The notes beneath the pieces were generated by a model, which was given only the letters and a program-made list of their open reading frames with translations, searched no databases and had not been told where the DNA came from. Shown here piece by piece: positions 18,565 through 26,359 of a stretch of 64,000 bases of DNA. Position numbers and translations under genes: made by a program. This DNA comes from Planctomycetota bacterium (lineage in GTDB: Bacteria > Pseudomonadota > Gammaproteobacteria > Eutrophobiales > Eutrophobiaceae). The number at the start of each line of letters is the position of its first letter. Position 1 is the stretch's first letter. Location of the stretch: positions 1,360 through 65,359 of the forward strand of contig JBLIML010000004.1 of assembly GCA_047638675.1 (NCBI GenBank), in the 5' to 3' direction.

Positions 18565-19719
18565 CTACATATCTGCGAGACCGCGTTTTAGCAGGCCTTT
18601 CGCAATAATCATACGCTGTATTTCACTTGTGCCTTCCCAGATACGATCAACACGCAACTCTCTGAAATACCGTTCGGCCAGGTTTTCGCGCATATAGCCG
18701 CGACCACCGAATATTTGTACTGCGCGATCTGCCACTCGATTGGCCATCTCAGATGCATAGAGTTTTGCCATAGAACAACGCGCATGTAATTGTTTCAAGT
18801 CATCACCACGATCATGTGCCTGTGCTGCCTCAAAAGTCATGAGTCGAGCGGCCCAGAGTTCTGTGACGCTGTCTGCCAACATAAATTGAATGGCCTGTTT
18901 GCTTGCCAAAGGCTCACCCTGAATATCACGGTTTTTGGCGAATTCAGCCGCTTCCTCTATCAAACGTGCCGCCGCTCCACAACATCGGGCTGCTATCATC
19001 ATACGTTCGTGACGAAACCAGCTTCTCGAGTACTGCATGCCCTCTCCTTCGGCACCAATGCGCATCGCATCCGCTACGAAGACATCTGTGAAGCGATAAG
19101 TTGGGTGATGAGCGGCGTATGTATGACTGAATAAAGGGTTGGCGATAACTTCTACGCCCGCTGTATTAATATCAAGAAAGAAGAGCGCGTGTTCGCCATT
19201 TTCTAATTTAGCCTGTATAAAAAAATAGTCGGCAAGATTGGCACTGGTTACGTACCATTTTTCACCGTTGATGGTATAACCACCTTTACACTTCGTTGCC
19301 CTTGTATTTATCGTCTCGTTTGAACCTGCCTCCGCTTCAGTGATGGCGTAGCACTCTTTTCGAGAGCTATCTATGAGAGGCAATATATAATTTTCTATCT
19401 GCTGTTTGCTGCAGGCTTCAAACATCCACTGTTGCGCTTCGGAAAAACACCAGCATAAGGCATTGGTTACTTTTCCAAGTTGCTCCCAAACCGCAACTTG
19501 TTCCGTCATACCAAGTTCGAGACCGCCGAACTTTTTCGGCACATCCATTTTGCTAAAACCCAGTTCTATCGCAAGTAAGTTGTGTCGTTTACTTATCTTC
19601 TCTGGCAGCACGCCTCCGTTAAATTCGGCCTCAATTTCCCAGGGCTTTAACTCTTCTTCGGTAAACTTGAAAGCTTTCCCCTGCCATTCTCTGGCGTTAT
19701 CACTTAATACGAGATCCAT
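18565..19719 (-). CDS. Acyl-CoA dehydrogenase family protein
   Basis: ACAD C-terminal motifs (QIFGGRGYMRE, IWEGTSEIQR). The preferred start, ATG at 19719 (MDLVLSD), lies 13 nt after the tetR stop. The listed ORF start at 19791 would overlap tetR. Confidence 0.85.
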   Translation of the reverse strand: MDLVLSDNAREWQGKAFKFTEEELKPWEIEAEFNGGVLPEKISKRHNLLAIELGFSKMDVPKKFGGLELGMTEQVAVWEQLGKVTNALCWCFSEAQQWMFEACSKQQIENYILPLIDSSRKECYAITEAEAGSNETINTRATKCKGGYTINGEKWYVTSANLADYFFIQAKLENGEHALFFLDINTAGVEVIANPLFSHTYAAHHPTYRFTDVFVADAMRIGAEGEGMQYSRSWFRHERMMIAARCCGAAARLIEEAAEFAKNRDIQGEPLASKQAIQFMLADSVTELWAARLMTFEAAQAHDRGDDLKQLHARCSMAKLYASEMANRVADRAVQIFGGRGYMRENLAERYFRELRVDRIWEGTSEIQRMIIAKGLLKRGLADM

Positions 19720-19732
19720 AAGGTCTAATCGC

Positions 19733-20374
19733 TTAGTTGTTACTGAAATGATTTGGAAACATAACGGCGAGATAATCAAAACATATCTCACAGGCTTCTT
19801 TACGATTTATCGCGTTTGGCGTCATTAAAAGATCCAGCCACAGACCGTTTACGAGGGCAGATAAACCAACCGCAAATGACTGTGATTTGATATGCTTGTA
19901 GGCAGGGTCTTTTTTCAATTCGTCACATAGTTTTGCCAGCACATTATTGGCTATTTCGTCACTTTTCGCACAAATCTGCAAGTAAGTTGGTCTGGACTTT
20001 GCTTCGCCCCAATAAGCGAACCATACGGCGAGTTTTTTCCTGTCACAAACTTTTGCACTAAAATCGAGGTTCACCAATGCGGCCATTTTTTCTTCCGCTG
20101 AATCGCCTGCTTTGTTTACTGCCCTGGTGCAAATGTCCTGATACTCATTCGAAAGATATAACAAAGTCTCTTCAAGCAATTTATCTTTGCTCTGGAAATG
20201 CAGATTCACGATACCCAGGCTCAAGCCAGCATCCTTTGTGACATCGGCCATCGTCGTTCCGGCAATACCACGATTAGCGATACAATTTATCGTGGACTTG
20301 ATGAGCTGCTCGCGTCGACGTTCTTTGCCCGTGACTCTGCTATTTGAGACTGCCTTTTGCGCTGCAATTACCAT
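19733..20374 (-). CDS. TetR/AcrR-family transcriptional regulator
   Basis: N-terminal HTH: CIANRGIAGTTMADVTKDAGLSLGIVNLHFQSKDKLLEETL. 213 aa. Confidence 0.9.
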   Translation of the reverse strand: MVIAAQKAVSNSRVTGKERRREQLIKSTINCIANRGIAGTTMADVTKDAGLSLGIVNLHFQSKDKLLEETLLYLSNEYQDICTRAVNKAGDSAEEKMAALVNLDFSAKVCDRKKLAVWFAYWGEAKSRPTYLQICAKSDEIANNVLAKLCDELKKDPAYKHIKSQSFAVGLSALVNGLWLDLLMTPNAINRKEACEICFDYLAVMFPNHFSNN

Positions 20375-20452
20375 GAAAGATATTGTTTATCGCTCGTTTA
20401 AAAACATGAGTACATTACCTGCAAATTTGTATTTAGCAAGTATTTTATCACA

Positions 20453-20480
20453 AAATATGAATGAATAATCATTCATATTT
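20453..20480. promoter_or_regulatory. Perfect 12-4-12 palindrome AAATATGAATGA-ATAA-TCATTCATATTT, the probable TetR operator
   Basis: Read directly from the sequence. It lies 79 nt from the tetR start and 61 nt from the divergent aminotransferase start. Confidence 0.7.
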
Positions 20481-20540
20481 GTAGACAATTTATCTGGCGC
20501 GTGGCATGCTGACAGCCCAATCCAAACCAATGGAGGCTAT

Positions 20541-21884
20541 ATGAGTCGTGTACACACCAAATCAAATGCACAGTTTCAAAAGGCAATAAAACGCCTCCCG
20601 CTTGGCGTTTCTTCCAATTTTCGCTATTGGGGCGAAGACAAAACTATTTATGCGAAACGCGGTAAAGGTGGCCGCTTGTGGGATATCGATGATAACGAAT
20701 ACATCGATTACCGACTTGGCTATGGCCCGGCGATCCTTGGCTATGCAGATGAACGTGTCGATCAAGCCGCTCGTGATGGTATGAATGTTGGCGGCGTGTT
20801 TGCGCTCTCAACTGAACTCGAATATACGGTCGCCGATCGGATATGCAAAATGGTGTCATCAGCTGAGCTGGTGCGATTTTCCATATCCGGTACGGAGGCC
20901 GTCATGGCAGCATTACGGCTGGCTCGAGCTTACAGTGGCAAAGATGAATACGTATTGGTAGAGGGCGGTTATCACGGCGTCTTCAGTGAAGGTTTGTGGT
21001 ATTCAGAAGTTGAAGATTGGAAGGTGAGTGAGGGTGATCCGGAATTAATGCCATACAGTGAAGGGGTACCCGAACTTTACGGCCACCTTATTCATAGTGT
21101 CCCCTTAAACGATGCTAATCGTGTTGAGCGTTTGTTTCAGCGACATGCTGGCAAAATCGCGGCTTTTTTGATTGAACCCATGATGGGAAATTGTTGTTCC
21201 ATCACCGCTGAACAGCAATACCTGAAAGACGTACGTGAATTATGTACAAAGTATGATGTGATTTTGATCATCGATGAAGTTAAGACTGGTTTCCGGGTGG
21301 CTAAAGGTGGTGTTCAGGAGCTTTTAGGCGTTGATGCTGACCTCTCAACTTTTGCGAAATCAATGGCCAATGGATACCCGATTTCAGCCTTGGTGGGTCA
21401 GGAGGAGATCATGAGAATGATTGGTAACGGCGTTGTACATGGCGGCACCTATACGGCTCACTCTGTTTCAATAGCAGCGGCAAACAAGACACTTGAAATT
21501 CTCGATGAAACGCCTGCCCTGGCCAATATTGCTGAATATGGAATTAAACTTCGTGATGGCCTGGATAAAATATTGTCACGCCGAGGTATTCCGCATTGTT
21601 TTGTTGGCCATCCAGCTATGTCAGGTATGTTTTTTAGTGCAACGCCACCTAGTAACTACCGTGATTGGGTGAAAACCGATTACACATTTTACGACACGCT
21701 CGCGCCGAACTTGCATGATCTGGGTATTCTGGTTGAACCGGATTCTCGTGAACCCTGGTTCATGTGTGAAGCGCACGATGATAAGTGCTTTGACGAAACT
21801 ATTTTGAAATTTGAACAGGCAGTCGATATAACTATCGAGCAACTTCAACACACAACTAACAATCCGGTACAAAAAGTTAATTGA
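20541..21884 (+). CDS. Class III aminotransferase (glutamate-1-semialdehyde aminomutase-like)
   Basis: 447 aa. GYGPAILGY, SGTEAVMAALRLAR, IIDEVKTGFR, FAKSMANGYP. Confidence 0.85.
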   Translation: MSRVHTKSNAQFQKAIKRLPLGVSSNFRYWGEDKTIYAKRGKGGRLWDIDDNEYIDYRLGYGPAILGYADERVDQAARDGMNVGGVFALSTELEYTVADRICKMVSSAELVRFSISGTEAVMAALRLARAYSGKDEYVLVEGGYHGVFSEGLWYSEVEDWKVSEGDPELMPYSEGVPELYGHLIHSVPLNDANRVERLFQRHAGKIAAFLIEPMMGNCCSITAEQQYLKDVRELCTKYDVILIIDEVKTGFRVAKGGVQELLGVDADLSTFAKSMANGYPISALVGQEEIMRMIGNGVVHGGTYTAHSVSIAAANKTLEILDETPALANIAEYGIKLRDGLDKILSRRGIPHCFVGHPAMSGMFFSATPPSNYRDWVKTDYTFYDTLAPNLHDLGILVEPDSREPWFMCEAHDDKCFDETILKFEQAVDITIEQLQHTTNNPVQKVN

Positions 21885-21893
21885 GATGAAAAC

Positions 21894-23510
21894 ATGAAAA
21901 AGTATGACGCCATAGTGATTGGTGCTGGCCATAACGGCCTCACCAATGCTGCTTACTTAGCCAAGTCCGGTTTGAAGGTATTGGTAGTTGAAAAAAATCC
22001 CTGGATAGGCGGTGCGTCCGTGAGTCGTTCTCTCTATGAAGGCTGGACTTATTCGAATTGCTCCTATGTATGCAGTTTATTTCGCCCGGAAATTTATCGA
22101 GATCTTGAACTGGCGCGTCACGGTTTGCAGGTTATTCCTTATGAAGGTGGTCTTACCTTTATGCAAAATGGAGATTACTTCGGTAACTATCCGGATGCTG
22201 AACGCCATCATCGAGAAATTGCGAGACACTCCGCGCGTGATGCCAATGCTTATGACCGTTATAGCGCCGATGTGTCGAGGCAAACACGTCTTATTAGACC
22301 TTTTTTAATGAGAACACCCCCCGATCCTACCTCTTTCAAACCTGGTGATGTGATGGAGCTGATTCACATGATCAAGACTTACTGGGATCTCGGCGAGGAA
22401 ATTCTCTATGACACGATCCGTTTCTGGACGATGAGCGTGGGTGATTTTCTTGATGGGTATTTCGAATCCAATATTCTAAAAGCGCATCTTGCGGGCTCCG
22501 GCATTATCGGTACGGCGCTTGGTGTCTACTCACCGGGTACAGCTTACGTATTATTACACCATTATATGGGGGATGTGGACGGCAGTATTGGTTCATGGGG
22601 TTTTGCCCGTGGAGGAATGGGTTCGATTGCTAAAGCCCTGGCTGGTTCTTTCGAGTCATTTGGTGGTGAGATCATGGTCGATGCGGGTGTCGATAAAATT
22701 CTTGTTAAAGATGAAAAAGTGACTGGCGTGGTGCTCGAGAATGGCGATGAGCATTATGCGGACATTGTTATATCTAATCTGGATCCGAAGCGTACCTTTC
22801 TCAATATTATGAATGAAGAGGATTTGCCAGCAGATGTCGTTAAGAAGGCGAAGAATTTCAAGATTAGAGGCTCTTCTGGAAAACTGAATATTTCTCTGGA
22901 TGGCATGCCTTCTTTCAAAGCAATCCCTGATGGCCATGAATTGTTGAAAGCCGATTTTCATTTTATCGATTCAATGGAACGCATGGAACGCGCCTACGAC
23001 GACTGGAAGAACGGCATGTGGTCGAGAGATCCCTATGTAGATGCCTTGATTCCTACTCAGGTCGATCCGACCATGGCGCCTCCCGGGAAACACATGATGA
23101 CGGTGTTCGTTCAATACTGCCCACCAAAAGTAAAAGATGAGGAATGGACAGATGAGAAGCGTGACGCTTTTGGCCAGACAGTGATCGATCAAATTTCAGA
23201 ATATAGCCCCAACTTCAAAGATCTGATTCTTCATGCAGAAATTCGTACGCCACGAGAGATTGAAAATGAAGTGGGTCTTACCGAAGGCAACATATTTCAG
23301 GGAGAGCTGACCATGGATCAACTCTTGTTTAATCGACCTTTTCCTGGATATGCGCAATACCGGGGTCCGGTAAAAGGAATGTATATGTCCGGATCCGGCA
23401 CGCATCCGGGGGGCGGTGTTATGGGCGCGCCTGGCGTTAATTCCGCAAGAGAGATCCTCAGAGATCTAAATCGAAAGAATATTACTCCGGAGGCCTTCAG
23501 CGATGAGTAA
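21894..23510 (+). CDS. NAD(P)/FAD-dependent oxidoreductase, phytoene-desaturase-like (COG1233/PYROXD2-like), copy 1
   Basis: 538 aa. YDAIVIGAGHNGLTNAAYLAKSG, GGASVS, SLFRPEIYRDLELARHGL, C-terminal GSGTHPGGGVMG. Confidence 0.8.
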   Translation: MKKYDAIVIGAGHNGLTNAAYLAKSGLKVLVVEKNPWIGGASVSRSLYEGWTYSNCSYVCSLFRPEIYRDLELARHGLQVIPYEGGLTFMQNGDYFGNYPDAERHHREIARHSARDANAYDRYSADVSRQTRLIRPFLMRTPPDPTSFKPGDVMELIHMIKTYWDLGEEILYDTIRFWTMSVGDFLDGYFESNILKAHLAGSGIIGTALGVYSPGTAYVLLHHYMGDVDGSIGSWGFARGGMGSIAKALAGSFESFGGEIMVDAGVDKILVKDEKVTGVVLENGDEHYADIVISNLDPKRTFLNIMNEEDLPADVVKKAKNFKIRGSSGKLNISLDGMPSFKAIPDGHELLKADFHFIDSMERMERAYDDWKNGMWSRDPYVDALIPTQVDPTMAPPGKHMMTVFVQYCPPKVKDEEWTDEKRDAFGQTVIDQISEYSPNFKDLILHAEIRTPREIENEVGLTEGNIFQGELTMDQLLFNRPFPGYAQYRGPVKGMYMSGSGTHPGGGVMGAPGVNSAREILRDLNRKNITPEAFSDE

Positions 23511-25071
23511 GCAATACGACGCCACAATCATAGGGGCGGGTCACAACGGTCTGGTCTGTGCCACTTATCTCGCCAAAGCCGGGCAGAAGGTATTGATCCT
23601 GGAGGCAAATGAACAAGTTGGCGGTGCGGCAATCACACGTGAGTTCGCTAGTGGATTCTCTGTTTCTGCCTGTGCACATTTACTGCATTTGTTACACCCC
23701 CAGATAATTACTGATCTGTCCCTGCCGAGTCACGGTTTGAAAATGGCTGCGCAGGGTTTGAGTACTATCGCCTTGTCAGCAGACGGTGAGCATCTTACTC
23801 TTGATAGAGACACCATTAGTGGAGCGGGAATTTCAAATAGCGATCAAACTGCCTATCGCGATTTCCAAACCAGGCTCCGACGTTTTGCCAGGATTGTTCA
23901 AAAGACTTTCATGACGCGTCCGCCACGTCTTGTGCATAAAGACAGAAAAGATTTGATGACTCTTGCGAAGCTGGGTCTTAGCGTACGATTGTTGGGAAAA
24001 GAAGATATGCGCGAGCTGCTTCGCATTGGCGCAATAAATATCTATGACGTATTGCAGGAAGACTTTGAAAGTGAGCTGTTAAAAGGTGCACTTGGTTTTG
24101 ATGCGGTGCTGGGCAGTAATATGGGACCACGCTCTCCTAACTCGGTACTCTCCTATCTCTATCGTCTTACTGGACAACTTAATGGAAATGATACTGCAAT
24201 TTCAGTTCCAGCGGGTGGTATGGGCGCAGTTACAAAGGCATTGCGCAAGGCCGCTGAAGCTGCTGGTGTTGAAATTAGAACTGGCACACGAGTCAAACAG
24301 ATTATTCTGGATGTCGACAATGTTACCGGGGTAGAAACGACAGAAGGTGAAAAAATAAATTGCGGCCTGGTCGTTTCCAATGCAGATCCGAAGACAACCT
24401 TTTTAAAACTTATCGGTGCAAGAAACATTGAAACCGGCTTCGCTCGACGCGTTGATAATATACGTATGAAGGGCAAAGCGGCCAAACTACATTTGGCTTT
24501 GGATGGCGTTCCCAGTTTTGAAGGACTGCCTGAAAAGCTGCTTGGTAATCGTCTTGTGATCGCACCTACTCTGCAATACATTGAGCAGGCTTTTGATCAT
24601 TCAAAATATGGCGAATATTCAAATGAGCCTGCCATTGAAATCAGCATTCCATCGATTCATGATGATAGCCTCGCGCCGCCAAGCAGGCATGTGCTCTCTG
24701 CCGTGGTTCAATACGCACCTTATGAATTACGTACTGGCTGGGATTCGCATCGCGATACTTTCAAACAAGTGGTGATAGACAAAATCGCAGAGTATGCCCC
24801 CGGAATAAAAGATCAAATAACTGCGTCAGAGTTATTGGTGCCAGCAGACATAGAAAGGGAATTTAATATTCATGGCGGGCATTGGCATCATGGTGAATAC
24901 ACGCTTGATCAATTTATGATGCTGCGCCCAGTACCCGGTGCTGCACAATATTCCACACCAATAAATGGTTTGTACCTTTGTGGGGCGGGTTCGCATCCCG
25001 GTGGCGGTGTAATGGGTCTCGCCGGACGTAATGCCTCAACAGAAATAATAAATCGGGAGCACAAGTCATGA
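23503..25071 (+). CDS. NAD(P)/FAD-dependent oxidoreductase, phytoene-desaturase-like (COG1233/PYROXD2-like), copy 2
   Basis: 522 aa paralogue of the preceding gene (YDATIIGAGHNGLVCATYLAKAG, GAGSHPGGGVMG). The start overlaps the upstream stop by 8 nt. Confidence 0.8.
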   Translation: MSKQYDATIIGAGHNGLVCATYLAKAGQKVLILEANEQVGGAAITREFASGFSVSACAHLLHLLHPQIITDLSLPSHGLKMAAQGLSTIALSADGEHLTLDRDTISGAGISNSDQTAYRDFQTRLRRFARIVQKTFMTRPPRLVHKDRKDLMTLAKLGLSVRLLGKEDMRELLRIGAINIYDVLQEDFESELLKGALGFDAVLGSNMGPRSPNSVLSYLYRLTGQLNGNDTAISVPAGGMGAVTKALRKAAEAAGVEIRTGTRVKQIILDVDNVTGVETTEGEKINCGLVVSNADPKTTFLKLIGARNIETGFARRVDNIRMKGKAAKLHLALDGVPSFEGLPEKLLGNRLVIAPTLQYIEQAFDHSKYGEYSNEPAIEISIPSIHDDSLAPPSRHVLSAVVQYAPYELRTGWDSHRDTFKQVVIDKIAEYAPGIKDQITASELLVPADIEREFNIHGGHWHHGEYTLDQFMMLRPVPGAAQYSTPINGLYLCGAGSHPGGGVMGLAGRNASTEIINREHKS

Positions 25072-26255
25072 GTGTAAGAGAAGCTGATAAACGTGTATTA
25101 ACTACGCCATTTTATTCACGCACTTCTGCGCTATGTGAAACCAATCTTTGGTCGCCCTGGAAAGCCTATACCACGGTCGATTGCTATTCCGTGCTGTTCG
25201 AAGAATATTTTGCAATTCGTAATGCGACTGCCGTGTTTGATCTTACGCCAATGACCAAGTATCGAATAAGCGGTATTGATGGGCTCGCCTATCTTGATAA
25301 GTTAATGACTCGCAAGATGAGTAAACTCACGCCAGGACGCGTTATGTACGGGGCGTGGTGTAACGACTTGGGTCATGTTCTGGATGATGGAACCGTTTTT
25401 CACCTGGAGGAAAATGTATGGCGTTTATGTTCGCAGGAACGTCATATGGATTGGTTGCAAGCAACGGCGATGGGCTTCGAAGTTGAAATTGAAGATGAGA
25501 CTGACGATGTTGTTGGTCTGGCAGTACAGGGACCCACTTCCTGCCAAACATTAAAATCGATGGGTCTGCAGGGTGTTGAAAATATTAAACCATTCCAGAT
25601 GAGGTCCTTCCCTTTCGCAAACTCAGAATTGCTGGTGTCACGAACTGGATTTACCGGTGATCTTGGCTATGAACTCTGGGTCACGCCCGATCTTGCCGAG
25701 AAACTATGGGACGCACTGTTTGAAGCAGGCAAATCTCATGGCATTCTTCCCATCGGTTCCCACGCTCTTGATATAGCACGTATTGAAGCCGGCTTTATTC
25801 AGGCTGATGTCGATTTCGTACCCGCATTGAACGTCGTGCGTGCAGGTAGAGGACGATCGCCCTTTGAGTTGGGTCTGGACTGGCTGGTTCATTTCGACAA
25901 ACCAATATTTAATGGACGAAAGGCCCTGTTAAAAGAGAAAGAAACGGGTTCTCGATATCGTTTTGTGCGTCTTGACGTTGAAGGTAACAAGCCTGCAAAC
26001 GACTCGTTTGTTTACAATGGTAAAAAGGAAATTGTTGGGCATGTGACTTCAGCAACGTGGTCGCCCAGCGCAAAAAAGAATATTGCATTGGCTTCAGTGG
26101 AAATGCCCTGGGGTCGCCCGGAAGATGAATTATATGCGGAGATCTATTACAACCGCGAATTACAGTGGAATCGTCTCATGGCGCGTTGCCATGTCGTGGA
26201 AGGGGCGTTTTTTGATCCACCTCGACGACGTGAAACACCTCCCCTGGATTATTGA
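25068..26255 (+). CDS. GcvT-family (aminomethyltransferase fold, folate-binding) protein
   Basis: 395 aa. RTGFTGDLGYELW, ARIEAGF, SATWSP. ATGA overlap with the upstream gene. No gcvH or gcvP nearby. Confidence 0.8.
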   Translation: MSVREADKRVLTTPFYSRTSALCETNLWSPWKAYTTVDCYSVLFEEYFAIRNATAVFDLTPMTKYRISGIDGLAYLDKLMTRKMSKLTPGRVMYGAWCNDLGHVLDDGTVFHLEENVWRLCSQERHMDWLQATAMGFEVEIEDETDDVVGLAVQGPTSCQTLKSMGLQGVENIKPFQMRSFPFANSELLVSRTGFTGDLGYELWVTPDLAEKLWDALFEAGKSHGILPIGSHALDIARIEAGFIQADVDFVPALNVVRAGRGRSPFELGLDWLVHFDKPIFNGRKALLKEKETGSRYRFVRLDVEGNKPANDSFVYNGKKEIVGHVTSATWSPSAKKNIALASVEMPWGRPEDELYAEIYYNRELQWNRLMARCHVVEGAFFDPPRRRETPPLDY

Positions 26256-26359
26256 TTCATTCATACGGGAAAAGAAAAACCGGGATGTAAAACTACCAGA
26301 GAGTAATCGCTGGTCCTTATGCCTAATCATTTCATCTCTATCTTCATCGTCACATAACC

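Noticed and set aside
20502-20516. A sigma-54-like promoter TGGCATG-N4-CAGCC (GG-N10-GC) upstream of the aminotransferase operon
   Set aside because: - The -12 element lacks the TTGC context.
- No enhancer-binding protein is encoded nearby.
- The locus already has a TetR/operator arrangement typical of sigma-70 control.
25068-26255. Calling the GcvT-like gene dmdA and the cluster a DMSP demethylation (dmdABCD) locus
   Set aside because: - The enzyme classes match (GcvT fold, CoA ligase, ACAD, hydratase).
- However, the synthetase is ADP-forming.
- The cluster also carries aminotransferase, GS-like and Pot-type importer genes that point to nitrogen compounds.
- DmdA identity cannot be established by eye.
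- I keep it only as an alternative hypothesis.
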